The notes beneath the pieces are model-generated. The model ran no database searches, had not been told where the DNA came from, and saw nothing but the letters and a program-made list of their open reading frames with translations. Both the position numbers and the translations under genes were made by a program. Below are positions 39,391 to 50,000 of a stretch of DNA of 64,000 bases, in pieces. How positions within the stretch are numbered: position 1 is the first letter of the stretch; the number at the start of each line of letters is the position of its first letter. The stretch is from contig JBGPQV010000007.1 in assembly GCA_041489255.1 (NCBI GenBank), positions 34,362 through 98,361 on the forward strand, given 5' to 3'. This DNA is from Thermoplasmata archaeon. GTDB taxonomy: Archaea; Thermoplasmatota; Thermoplasmata; RBG-16-68-12; JAFNFQ01.

Positions 39391-41361
39391 CTATACCTCC
39401 TGTGCTTTGCTCAATCCGAAGGGGCGGAACCTCGTCCCGTTGCCCTTGAAGAACTTCAGGAAGAACTCGACATAGTTCAGTCTCACGGCCTGTATCCCCG
39501 CCGAGATCGCCCCGAGAACGAAGATCAATGCATGGGCCAGGAATGCAATCAGGACCGCCAAGGCCAGGTAGGCTCCACCTGGTGCCGCGGCGGTGAAGAT
39601 GATCGTGTTGAAAGCCATGGCAGTCGCGGCCTTGGCCAATGCGACCCCAGCCAATCTGGCATATGATATCATGTTGGCTATGAGCCCCGGGATTTCGAAA
39701 GGTGCTAGCGCCCCTTCCGCGAAAATGAGCACGACGAGCCCACCGATGATCATCCCGATGGAGAGCGTGGGAATCGGGTTCGTGGCCATGTATCCGAGCT
39801 GTTCAAGAACGATGCCACCCTGTGGCAGCCAGCCGAAGAGCCCGGTGTACACATCGCGGCTGAAGCCGGGCCACCGCGCGAACCTCGCCACTATCATCAT
39901 GAAGAGCCCGGACAGGATGACGAGCCACGCCACCTTCGCGACGCTGTGCTTCTTGCTCTGACGCCACTCGTTGATGACGCCGAAGACGAAGCCAACTCCG
40001 AGGTGAATGAAGGCGGCGATCATCGACAGCAGTATCAATTCCACCGGGTTCTCCAACTTGTGGAAGACGGAGCGTATGGGGATGCTGATCCCCACGGAAA
40101 CGTCCCATCCCATCGGGTTGGGATTCTCCGCGGTCGGCGGGAGGGCGATGAACGGCAGGCCGAACGCCTCGCCATACAGGAAAAGTCCGAAGATTAAAGC
40201 GAAGAACCCGCCCAGGGTGATCGCGAACATGAGGTCCTTGAATCCGCCCTTGGGCAATTTCCACACCAAGAGTCCGCCAAGGACGAGCCACAGCGCACCG
40301 TACCCCGCGTCACCTATCATGAAGCCGAAGAAGATCGGGAATATCAGCGCCAGGACCAGCGTCGGGTCGAGCTCCTTGTAGCTCGGCGTGGAGAAGAGGT
40401 GGATGAACGCCTCAAAGGGCTTCAATGGAGCGGCATTCTTCAGGAGCGTCGGCGTCTCATCGGCATTGCCCTCGACGGTCGAGATGTACATCGGCTCGAT
40501 ATGCTTGAGTCTCGATTGCAGCGCCTCGTATCCGGCTGCGGGCACCCATCCGTCTATGACGAACGAATGCTCTGATGTGGCGAATCTCAGGGGTGCCTCG
40601 GCCTTCTCGATCTCGGCACCCAACTGTCTCTCCGCGGCAAGAACGAATCCGGCGTAGCGTTCTCTCAGCTTCGCGAGACGCTCGTTTATCTCAGACAGGC
40701 GCTTCTGCCACTTCTCCTTCTGCTCACGAAAATCCGACAGCTTCGCGCGAGGGTCGCCGCTCCCCTTCGGCAAGTCCAGCGCAGAGAACCCCCGCCTCGA
40801 AAGGAAGTCGCGCACGGCGTCGGTTCTCTCCTTCGGCACGAACACCGCCGCGAGGTCTCCCGAGCGGAACAGCTCGTTCTCCGGCGAGACTATGTCCAGC
40901 CCTCCGATGTCGCGCGAGACTCGCCCAACGAACACTTCGACGCCCTCGTACCCGCCATATGCCTCAAGACCGAGGCCTAGCTCGGCGAACGGCGCCAACT
41001 CGGCTATCTGCGCGTCGAGGTCCGCGATCAGCGAGTGCGCCTTCTTCCTGCTGCTGTCCTCTTCGACTATGTTGATCTCGAGGGTCTTGATGTTCTGGCG
41101 GATATCGCCGCCGACGATAGTCTCGGACGGTTTCTTCACCTTCGCCGCCTCGAGTATGCTGGAGATCGACCTCAGTTTGACAAGGTCCTCGGATATCCTC
41201 GACGCCTTCTCCGACGGCTTGCCAATTCTGAAAGCCTCGTCTTCTCCCCTGTAATCGACCAGATGGACCAGCCTGAGTTCGTAGAGAATCTCCGTGACCT
41301 GGTCGAGGGCCTCCCTCGGCCCGACCAAGATCACGCGGCTCATCTTCTCAGGTCTGAGCAT
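39391..41361 (-). CDS. atpI: A/V-type ATP synthase subunit I
   Basis: MLRPEKMS, PSYKELDPT, GDAGYG, SYARL, RLNYVEFF. Confidence 0.95.
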   Translation of the reverse strand: MLRPEKMSRVILVGPREALDQVTEILYELRLVHLVDYRGEDEAFRIGKPSEKASRISEDLVKLRSISSILEAAKVKKPSETIVGGDIRQNIKTLEINIVEEDSSRKKAHSLIADLDAQIAELAPFAELGLGLEAYGGYEGVEVFVGRVSRDIGGLDIVSPENELFRSGDLAAVFVPKERTDAVRDFLSRRGFSALDLPKGSGDPRAKLSDFREQKEKWQKRLSEINERLAKLRERYAGFVLAAERQLGAEIEKAEAPLRFATSEHSFVIDGWVPAAGYEALQSRLKHIEPMYISTVEGNADETPTLLKNAAPLKPFEAFIHLFSTPSYKELDPTLVLALIFPIFFGFMIGDAGYGALWLVLGGLLVWKLPKGGFKDLMFAITLGGFFALIFGLFLYGEAFGLPFIALPPTAENPNPMGWDVSVGISIPIRSVFHKLENPVELILLSMIAAFIHLGVGFVFGVINEWRQSKKHSVAKVAWLVILSGLFMMIVARFARWPGFSRDVYTGLFGWLPQGGIVLEQLGYMATNPIPTLSIGMIIGGLVVLIFAEGALAPFEIPGLIANMISYARLAGVALAKAATAMAFNTIIFTAAAPGGAYLALAVLIAFLAHALIFVLGAISAGIQAVRLNYVEFFLKFFKGNGTRFRPFGLSKAQEV

Positions 41362-41679
41362 TCACCGCACCCTGAACCTCTCGACCAGCCTGGCCACCGC
41401 CTTCTCGAAGTTATTCGTGCTCTCCTCCTTCACCTTCCCTGCATCGCGACGGCCCTGGTCGAGGACGGCCTCGCGTTCGATCGCGGCTGCCTGCTTGGCC
41501 TCGGTGATTATCTTGTTGTACCTCTCCTCGCCCTCCTTCCTCAGCTGATCCTGCAGCTCCAGCTCCGCCCGCCTCGCTTCCTTCAGGATCCTGTCCCTCT
41601 CGGCCTCGGCCTGCCTCTTCATCTCCTGCACCCTCGCCTCGGCCTCCTTCACCCGCTGGAGCGTTTCCACTCTGCCCAT
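41362..41679 (-). CDS. atpH: A/V-type ATP synthase subunit H/G
   Basis: MGRVETLQRVKEAE charged coiled coil, first gene of the operon. Confidence 0.85.
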   Translation of the reverse strand: MGRVETLQRVKEAEARVQEMKRQAEAERDRILKEARRAELELQDQLRKEGEERYNKIITEAKQAAAIEREAVLDQGRRDAGKVKEESTNNFEKAVARLVERFRVR

Positions 41680-41755
41680 AGTCGTGCGAGAGAAAGGGGG
41701 CCTGATGATAAGTCTTTCGAGATTCGGGGCTCTGAGACAAAGAGGTCTGCGACCG

Positions 41756-41996
41756 TCACTGGCTCTTGGGCTCGCTTGAAATCTCAACCTTCGATTGCCT
41801 CGCCTTCAGCACGGTCGGGACCGCAACTCCCAATCCCACCAGGAGGATGACCAGGTCGACTGCCATGCCGACATCGAAGTAGGGAGGTATCCTCAGTTCA
41901 CCGCTGATGCGCGATATGATGCCAGTCATTGCCTCTGCGAGCACAAAGGGCAGCGAGATGAATGCGAACGCCTTCGCCACCCTGTCCTTCCCGCCC
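41756..41996 (-). pseudogene. Orphan 3' fragment of the surface-protein anchor module (copy A)
   Basis: GGKDR(V)AKAFAFISLPFVLAEA.TG..GEL.IPP..D; no upstream gene body. Confidence 0.8.
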
Positions 41997-42062
41997 CGCC
42001 CCTCGTCCTTACGCGAATCGTCCGATTCAGCCGGCAGCGAGGTGAGACGATGATTTTGACGT

Positions 42063-42632
42063 TCAGCGCTTCCTTCCCGCCATCAACCGATCGACCCGCT
42101 TTCTCAACGCGACCCATTCCTCAGAGACGCCAAGGATTCTCGCCTCGGCGGCTATCCTTCTCATGTTTAGCGTCGACTTCTGGCGGGCGTAGACCGATTC
42201 GGCATCGAGGACATCCTGCTCGGAGCCGTAGAGAAGCTTCATCGCGATGAGATCCTCCGCGGAATTCACGAAGATGAACTTGTCGGCGACACGCAGGCGT
42301 TTTCGTTCAGAAAGCGCGCGCTTCTCGTTCGTCGTGTAAGCGCCTTTGCAGTCGATGCGGTACCCCGACCTGCTGTCGAAGACGGAGAAGTGCCCCTTCT
42401 CCCTGAGGGCATCCTCGATGTCCTCCCGCGACACCTCGAAGCCTTTCCGCCTGAAAGCCTTGACCAGACGATCCGCTCCGGCTGCATCGATGTCCGCGAT
42501 CGCATCTACGTCGAAGGTGCTCCGCGCCCTGCCAAGAAGGTTGACCGCGACGCCGCCGACGATGACGTAGGAGATGCGCAGAGAGGAGAACACCGTGCAG
42601 GCGTCCCTGATGACCTCTTCCAGCTCCCTCAT
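42063..42632 (-). CDS. Nucleotidyltransferase-fold protein (DUF6036/AbiEii-like putative toxin)
   Basis: YVIVGGVAV..GRARSTFDVD, EDLIAMKL..QDVLD; start MRELEE at 42632. Confidence 0.75.
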   Translation of the reverse strand: MRELEEVIRDACTVFSSLRISYVIVGGVAVNLLGRARSTFDVDAIADIDAAGADRLVKAFRRKGFEVSREDIEDALREKGHFSVFDSRSGYRIDCKGAYTTNEKRALSERKRLRVADKFIFVNSAEDLIAMKLLYGSEQDVLDAESVYARQKSTLNMRRIAAEARILGVSEEWVALRKRVDRLMAGRKR

Positions 42633-42793
42633 CGTCTCGCCCTGTTCAGGCGGAGGACCGCCTCGTTGTGGGCCGAGAGTGCCCTGAGCGAATCGGCCGG
42701 GCTCTGATTGCGGAGGCGCAACGCTTCCGTGACGACGTCCCTGTGGCGGCGCTCGGTGACCCGCCTTCTGAAGGATGTCTTCTTCTGGTACAC
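42629..42793 (-). CDS. Small basic protein (54 aa), putative partner/antitoxin of the nucleotidyltransferase, not in the ORF track
   Basis: GTG start, YQKKTSFRRRVTERRHRDVVTEALRL...; ATGA overlap with the downstream gene. Confidence 0.5.
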   Translation of the reverse strand: MYQKKTSFRRRVTERRHRDVVTEALRLRNQSPADSLRALSAHNEAVLRLNRARR

Positions 42794-42889
42794 GGGTCAC
42801 AATATCGGCGTCAAGGACTTAAGCGAATCGGGGGGTTGGGCGGCGGAGCTCAGGTCGAGAAAGATATATGGGACGAGCAGACCGGTCAA

Positions 42890-45800
42890 TCACCGCGTTT
42901 TCCTTGTTGCCCTGACAAGCGCGACCGCCAATCCCGAAAAGAGTATCGCCAAATCGATTGCCGTGCCGACGCCGACATATGGCGGTATCCTCAGTTCGCC
43001 GGCGGCGAATGACACGATTCCCGTCCCCGCCTCTGCGAGCACAAAGGGCATCGAGATGATTGCGAACGCCTTCACCACCGCCATCCTGTCCTTCCCGCCC
43101 TTCCACGGCCTCCTTTTCGAAGACCACACTCCCGCCACGAGCAGGATGATTGCAAAGATGAGGGCCACGACAGGTTTGTAGTTCACCGCCACCTCGTTTG
43201 GCGGCACCTGAGATCCGCTCACGTTCACCACGAGCCACTTCTCCCTCTCAGTGTTGTTCAGCATGTCGTTGGAGTAGTAGGAGATGTTGTGCAGTCCCTC
43301 GGGAAGCGTGAAGCCGCCGGAGTACACCGCCCAGCTACCGCCATCGATCCTGTACATGGTGACGTTCTCACTGCATCCAGAGTCGGTGGCGGCAAGTGTG
43401 AAAACGGTGGCGGTGGTCGCCTGCTCGTCGCTCTTGTGAATAGTCGTGGCGGGGGGAGTGTCGTCCACCCTCAGCACCTTCGAGCTGACATCCTCCAGGT
43501 TCCCCGCCCAGTCCAGCGAGCGCCACTCGACAGTGTGCGCCCCTTCCCCCGCCAGGAAGAACGTCCCCGTGGCGGTATAGTTGACGGGAGTCCCGCCATC
43601 GATCGCGTACGAGGTGTTCCTTATCCCGAGACCGCTCTGGTCGAGGACGGAGAGGGAGAGGGGGGTGGTCGGCTTGACATAGGTCACCATGGCGGGGGAG
43701 GTGTAGTTGGGATAGCCAACGATGAGAGAGGTGGCCGGACCTGAGACTACTTCTATTGTCCAAGTGTACACATTGTTCGCCTCACCCCACTCAGTGACGT
43801 TGTTCTCGAAGTCCACATCGACGGAGACGAGGCATGTCCCCGGCGTGGCGGGAGATATCCACGTGGCGGCGAACCGGGATGACGTCGCGGCGGGAGCGAG
43901 AGGACTCAGGACGAATGCGGAGAATGGAGGTGATGATTGCTCGTGGAATGCTACTGTCGCGTCGTCGGTTGCGGTGCCGTTCCCCTGGTTGAGCACCTGG
44001 ATCGAGAGGTAGACGGGAGAGGACATGCCCACCTTGATTGGCGGGAGGGGGAGAGGAAGCGTCGGGATGTAGTCGGGTCTCGTGATGGGTGCAGATTGGA
44101 CGAGGACAGCGACGCAGGCCATGTTGTTCGTCTCGTCGATTTCGATCACGAGATTGTCCGGGTCGACGACCACGCAAACGTCATGCCATCCCCCGGCTGA
44201 GGCGGTCCAGTCGACAGAGACGATCGAGCTTCCGTACACCGGGATGGGCGGCACGGGCTGGTCGATCCCTATCTGAGGTGATGGAGGCGTGCCATCATGG
44301 AACCTCGCCAAGGTCTGCCCGGAGACGTTGCCGCCTGTGTTGCTTACCGTCGCCTCGATTCGGACCAGCGTTCCCTCCGTGAAGGGGCTCGGAGGGCTGA
44401 AGAGAATGTCCCCGGGGAAGACGACAAGGTCGGGCAGAGGTAGCAGCGCCTTGACCGTGATGCATGCTATGTTGTTGAGATCGTCTATCTCGTCGATCTT
44501 GTCGTCGGGGTCGGCATATACGCAAATCTGGTAGTTGCCCGGAGGACCGACGGCCCACGGGACTGAGGCAATCCCCATGCCCCCGAAACGCAAGATCAAA
44601 GGTATGGTCTGATTCCCGTCAATCTGGTTCGGGTCCAACGGGAAACCATTGTAGAGCTTGACGACGACCTGAGAGGCGTTCACGTCGCCGATGTTGCGAA
44701 CAGTCGCATTGATTGACACGCTTCTGTTCGCGATTAGAGGACGTGGCGGGTAGAAGTCGATATCCGACGAGACGATCTTGAGATCCGGCTTGTTCTGGAG
44801 GGTGCCGAACTTGAACCTCAGCACGAAGGCGTCGCTCGGTGTATCGGGATATGTGTCGAAAGCCCCCGGAGTGACGGGAAAGCCCAGGGAGTAAGTTTCG
44901 CCCGCGACGTACAAGTTCCCTATCGGATTGACCGCGGCGCCAAACCCCTCATCCGTCTTATTGTAACCTACGTATGTAGAATAGTCTATGTTGTCTCCCG
45001 CCGCGTTCAGCTGCACCACGAACACGTCCCCGTTCTCGTTGTACGCCGTGTCGAAGGCATCGGAAGTCGTGAAGAAGTCCGTGGAATACGTGCACCCAGC
45101 AATGTAGGCCTTCTGGCTCTGATCCACCGCGATGGAGGCGGGGTAATCCGAGAGGTCGCCGCCAAGATACGACGAATAGACCAGGCTGCTCCCGGTGGGG
45201 TTCAGCTTCGTCACGAACCCGTCGAGCGGCCCGTCGAGCTGCGAATCGAACGCGCCCGGCGTGACAGGGTAGCCCGTTGAGTTGGTCACCCCGGTCACGT
45301 AGACGTTGCGGTTCGAGTCCAAGGTCACGGAGGTGGCGGCGTCCCAGTTGCCGCTTCCAATGAAGGTGGAGAAAATCAGAGAGCGTGCCCCGTCATCCAG
45401 CTTCGTCACGAAAACGTCCGCGCACGGGTTCATGAACCCGCAGTTCCCGCCAGCGTGGGAAGTGTCATACGCCCCCGCGGTCGTGGGGAATGCTCCTGAT
45501 CCAGTCCACCCGGCCACGATCGCATCCCCTGCAGGGTCGACGACGATCGATTTCCCCCACCCGAATCCCAGGATGGTGGAGTACCTGAGCCAGCTCCCGG
45601 TCGAATCGAGCTTGGTCACATATGCCCCGCCGCCGTCGGCCTTGAACACGCCGGGCGTCGTCGGAAAGTTCCCTGAAGCGGAATAACCCGTCGCATAGGC
45701 GTCTCCGACCGCGTCAACTGCTATTGAAAACCCGCGCTCCCAGCCATCTCCACCGAGGAACGTGGAAAAGAGCAGATAGTCCCCTAATGGTTTCAGTTTG

Positions 45801-46984
45801 GCTACGAATGCGTCAGAGGTGTTGAACGTAACGTCGAATGCCCCCTCTGTCACTGGGAAGTCGGACGATTGGGTGTAGCCCGTCACATAGGCGTCGCCCG
45901 CGGAGTCCACGGCGATACCGGTGCCTTCCTCGTAGTCGATGCCGCCCAGAAACGTGGAGTAGACCAGAGCGGATCCCGAGGGGTTCAGCTTGCTGACGAA
46001 GACGTCAGCGAAACCGCTGAAATACTCGTTGTACGCACCCGGCGTGACGGAGAAATTCGACGAGTAGGTCGTGCCCGCCACGTAGGCGTTGCCGTTGGCG
46101 TCTATCGCTATGGAATTCGCGGTGTCTGAGAAGCAACCGCCGATGAATGTGGAATAGACGAGCGGGTCGATGGTCAGCATCTTGTCGGAATCCCGACCCC
46201 TGCAATCGAAGCCGTATGAGAAAGGCCCGCTCAAGACGAAGGAGCAATCCACATCTTTCCCATCTTCTTGATACGAACGTGGGATGACGTCTCTGATCTC
46301 GCCGAGGGGGGTGCTCAGAACCGCGACGGCTCGATCGACGCGCAGCGACTCGATTCCATCGTATGACAGTCTGATGGCGCCGGGGTCCGCGTGAGGATGG
46401 ACCTTGAATTCGTATTTCAGGCCGTGAGGTTCAAGGCGATAGACGAGGTCTATACCCTCGTAGAGGCCCTCGTATGCGACCTCCCTGAAGTTGAGGACGT
46501 CTGTCCTCCATTTGATCGAGTCATTGCCGAAGAAGAAGTTGCTCTTGAACGGCAGTTCAATCATGCCCACAGGTCTCACCGCCTTCGCTCCTTCGAAATG
46601 CAGCAGATAGGCGAAGGACCTCATGCCTGCGGGCCGATTGTCCGCCGAACTCGAACCATGAATGTGCTCCGTCAGCTCCTGCTCAGGAAATCTAGGGCGT
46701 TCCGCTTCCATGATCACGAAAAGGATACCGTCATCCCTGAATGCGACTGAGGTTCCGCCCCTTGAGTAGTAGAGTATTCCGTCCGCCACCTGTCCCCTGT
46801 TCTCGATGAAGTAGCCGCCGAGGGAGTCCGGGTTGCGGGTGACAATATTGGCAGGGGGGCTGGCAGGTTCCGACAGGTTGTTGTTGATCGGGGTGACCGG
46901 AAGTGACGCTGAGACCTGTGCTGAGAAGGACGTAAGAGCGAACACTATGGTCAGGAATAAAGCCACAATCATCCTCGGAATCAT
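42890..46984 (-). CDS. Giant surface protein: SBBP beta-propeller, CARDB repeats, Ig-like repeats, conserved 3-TM anchor
   Basis: Start MIPR at 46984 with GGAGG; GYFIENRGQ, IDPLVYSTF, SBBP repeats, CARDB DExNN, VNYKP..PWKGGKDR anchor. Confidence 0.88.
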   Translation of the reverse strand: MIPRMIVALFLTIVFALTSFSAQVSASLPVTPINNNLSEPASPPANIVTRNPDSLGGYFIENRGQVADGILYYSRGGTSVAFRDDGILFVIMEAERPRFPEQELTEHIHGSSSADNRPAGMRSFAYLLHFEGAKAVRPVGMIELPFKSNFFFGNDSIKWRTDVLNFREVAYEGLYEGIDLVYRLEPHGLKYEFKVHPHADPGAIRLSYDGIESLRVDRAVAVLSTPLGEIRDVIPRSYQEDGKDVDCSFVLSGPFSYGFDCRGRDSDKMLTIDPLVYSTFIGGCFSDTANSIAIDANGNAYVAGTTYSSNFSVTPGAYNEYFSGFADVFVSKLNPSGSALVYSTFLGGIDYEEGTGIAVDSAGDAYVTGYTQSSDFPVTEGAFDVTFNTSDAFVAKLKPLGDYLLFSTFLGGDGWERGFSIAVDAVGDAYATGYSASGNFPTTPGVFKADGGGAYVTKLDSTGSWLRYSTILGFGWGKSIVVDPAGDAIVAGWTGSGAFPTTAGAYDTSHAGGNCGFMNPCADVFVTKLDDGARSLIFSTFIGSGNWDAATSVTLDSNRNVYVTGVTNSTGYPVTPGAFDSQLDGPLDGFVTKLNPTGSSLVYSSYLGGDLSDYPASIAVDQSQKAYIAGCTYSTDFFTTSDAFDTAYNENGDVFVVQLNAAGDNIDYSTYVGYNKTDEGFGAAVNPIGNLYVAGETYSLGFPVTPGAFDTYPDTPSDAFVLRFKFGTLQNKPDLKIVSSDIDFYPPRPLIANRSVSINATVRNIGDVNASQVVVKLYNGFPLDPNQIDGNQTIPLILRFGGMGIASVPWAVGPPGNYQICVYADPDDKIDEIDDLNNIACITVKALLPLPDLVVFPGDILFSPPSPFTEGTLVRIEATVSNTGGNVSGQTLARFHDGTPPSPQIGIDQPVPPIPVYGSSIVSVDWTASAGGWHDVCVVVDPDNLVIEIDETNNMACVAVLVQSAPITRPDYIPTLPLPLPPIKVGMSSPVYLSIQVLNQGNGTATDDATVAFHEQSSPPFSAFVLSPLAPAATSSRFAATWISPATPGTCLVSVDVDFENNVTEWGEANNVYTWTIEVVSGPATSLIVGYPNYTSPAMVTYVKPTTPLSLSVLDQSGLGIRNTSYAIDGGTPVNYTATGTFFLAGEGAHTVEWRSLDWAGNLEDVSSKVLRVDDTPPATTIHKSDEQATTATVFTLAATDSGCSENVTMYRIDGGSWAVYSGGFTLPEGLHNISYYSNDMLNNTEREKWLVVNVSGSQVPPNEVAVNYKPVVALIFAIILLVAGVWSSKRRPWKGGKDRMAVVKAFAIISMPFVLAEAGTGIVSFAAGELRIPPYVGVGTAIDLAILFSGLAVALVRATRKTR

Positions 46985-47061
46985 GCCTCCCCTCATTGCG
47001 GTCGGCGACACCCCCTTCTTGGTGAAGCCAATCTCCGCGAAGAGTATATGATGATTGCCTC

Positions 47062-50000
47062 TCACAACTCCTCTTCCTTTTGGATGCCCGCCTCTCGCGG
47101 CGCGTTCCTCGTTCCTCTGAAGACGGAGAAAGCGACACCCGCCACGAGTATCGTCGTGTCCACGAGCGTGCCAATCCCGAGCGGCGGTGGTATCGACATC
47201 ATCCCGGTAATGAGTGAGATGATTCCTGTCACTGCCTCGACGAGTATGAAAGGCATCGAGATGATTGCGAACGCCTTCGCCACCGCCATCCTGTCCTTCC
47301 CGCCCTTCCACGGCCTCCTCTTCGAAGACCAGACTCCCGCCAAGAACAGGATGATCGCGAAAATCAGCGCCACGATTGGCTTGTAGTTAACTGCCACTTC
47401 GACAGGCGGTTTGACGACCAGCGACCTCTCCTGCTCGACATTGCCCAGTCTGTCAGTCGAGTAGTAGTATATGGTGTGCTCCCCCTCCGTGATGGTGAAC
47501 TCGACTGTGTAGTACGCCCAACTCCCGCCATCAATCCTGTACATCGTGACGTTCACACCGCAACCTGAGTCCGCGGCGGTGAGGTTGAACGGAGCGGAGG
47601 GGGATATCGTGGTGACAGGCGGCGTGTCGTCGAGGATCAACGTCTCGTTCTGGACGGCTTCTGAGTTCCCGAGGTAGTCGAACGAAAGGAACTCGACGTA
47701 CCATGTCCCGTCCCTTCCCGCCAGACTGAACGATGTGGAGTAGTCCCGCCACGAAGACCATAATCCGCCCCAGAGGCGGTAGAAGGTGGAGTTGGAACCG
47801 ACACCGCCATCAGCCGCAGAGAGGGTGAGGGGAGTTGAGGACGTGACGAAGTTCCCGCCAGTCAGGTACTTCGGCTCACCGATTGCGATGGCGGTGGAGG
47901 GAGGCGTGTCATCGACCACCATCTGCATCGACTGGACCGCCTCACTGTTCCCGAGCAGGTCGCGCGAGCGGTACTCCAGAACGTGCGCTCCCTCTCCCGC
48001 CAGGGGGAATGGCGATGAGTACGTCTTCCAGTTCGCGCCGTCCACCCTGTAGTCCGTCTGGTCCAGTCCGACGGGGGTGATGCCGCCATCGACCGCCAGC
48101 AGGGTGAGCGGAGTTGACGACGTGACGACGTTCCCGCCGACGAGGTACTTGGGGTCACCGATGGAGAGGGTAGTGGCGGGTGGAGTGTCGTCCACCCTCT
48201 GCGACATCGAGTTGATATCCTCAAGGTTCCCCGCCCAGTCAAGCGACCGCCACTCGAGCGTGTGCTCACCTTCTCCCGCCAGGAAGAACGTCCCGGCGGC
48301 GGTGTAGTTGACCGGTGCCCCGCCGTCAATCCTGAACGCGGTGTTCCGTATCCCGAGCCCGCTCTGGTCGATGACGGAGAAGCCGAGGGGAGTGATGGAC
48401 TTGACGTACGTGACGGTGGAGGTGTAATTGGGGTTGCCGATGATGAGAGCGGTGACCGGGCCTGCAACGACCTCTATCGTCCACGTGTAGACATTGTTTG
48501 TCTCATCCCACTCGCTCACATTATCGTAGTAGTCGACGTCCGCCGACACGAGGTATATGCCCGGTGTGGCGGGAGAGGTCCACGCGGCGGTGAACCGCGA
48601 GGAAGTGGCGGCGGGAGCGAGAGGACTCAAGACGTATGTGGAGAATGGCGGTGATGACTGCTCATGGAAGGCGATTATCGCATTGTCGATTGCGGTGCCA
48701 TTCCCCTGGTTGAGCACTTCGATCGAGAGTGAGACGGGAGAGGACATGCCCACCCTGATTGGCGGGAGGGGGAGGGGAGAAACCGGAATATAATCGGGCC
48801 TCAGCACCGGACCAGGCTGGACGAGGATGTCCATGCACATCACGTTGTTCGTCTCGTTGGACTCGGCCACAACTCCAGGAGGCGGGTCGGCGTATGCGCA
48901 CAAGCTGTGAGCGTCTGCGGGAGAGGCTGTCCAAGCGAACTCCGCGTACGATTGCGAGTGGCCGACTATTCCCGCCAACGCCAGGACGCCGATGTCCTCT
49001 CCGGGGTTGGGAGCGAGGTTGCCGTTCGAGTCGTCGAACAGTAGCATGTCGAACCCTCCGGCAAATAGGTCGCCAGCGTTGACGATGGTCACGTTGACCT
49101 GCGAGAGCGTGCCCTCGGGGATCGGCGACGGAGGGACTGTCGCGATTGAGGTCGGCGCCAGGTCAGGCAGGGAGAGCACCTGCACGGGCACGCAGGCCAT
49201 GTTGTTCGCCTTGTTTATCTCCGCGACAGTGTCGTCCGGGTCCGCCACTACGCATATCTCGTGACCGCCAATCCGCGTCGCCGTCCATTGGACCTGAGCG
49301 ATATCGCTCCCGCCAACAGGGATCGGGCCGACGGGCACATCCCCGTCGATCGCCGGAGAAGGTGGGACCCCGTCGTGGAAGCGGACGGAAGTGGCGGGTG
49401 AGCTCGCGAAGCCCGCGCTCCGGATTGCAGCAGTGATCAGGATCGTGGAACCGTTCGCGAATGGCGGGGCCGGCAGGAACGAAACATCCGACGGCGTGAC
49501 GGCCAGGTCGGGAAGGGCGACCACAGTCAGGTTCGTGCAGGCGCCGTTGTCGCTCTCGTCGGGCTCTGGGATGGCGTTCAACGGGTCGGCGATTGCGCAA
49601 AGCGTGTAGTCTCCCGTGCCCGGCGGAATCCAGGACATCGTGGCCGTGCGCTTGCCGCCAAGTCGCCCTATCTCGCCAAAGAGGGTCCCCCCGATGGGCG
49701 TCCCGGACATTCCCCCGTTCCGGAACTCGATGTTCACGTTCGTCGCGTTCACATGCCCCCAGTTCCTGACAACGGCCGATATAGAGACGGACGTTCCCAG
49801 GAGCGCGGGATTGGGACTCGCCTGGACGCTCTCCATCGAGAGTTCGACCATGTCCGGCGCCCCGACCTCAATGAAGTACTCCCAGTGGGATCTGGACATG
49901 TTGACTGAGCGGGGGCTCGGGTAATCCGGCAGGTTGTTGAAGTTCTTGCCAGGATAGGTCGCCTGCGCCGTCGAAGAGAACCAGGATAGCTTGAACGGGC

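Noticed and set aside
46985-47311. N-terminal 109 aa of the 1473-aa ORF in the track
   Set aside because: It is an alternative frame of the upstream gene's anchor repeat; the real start with GGAGG and a signal peptide is at 46984
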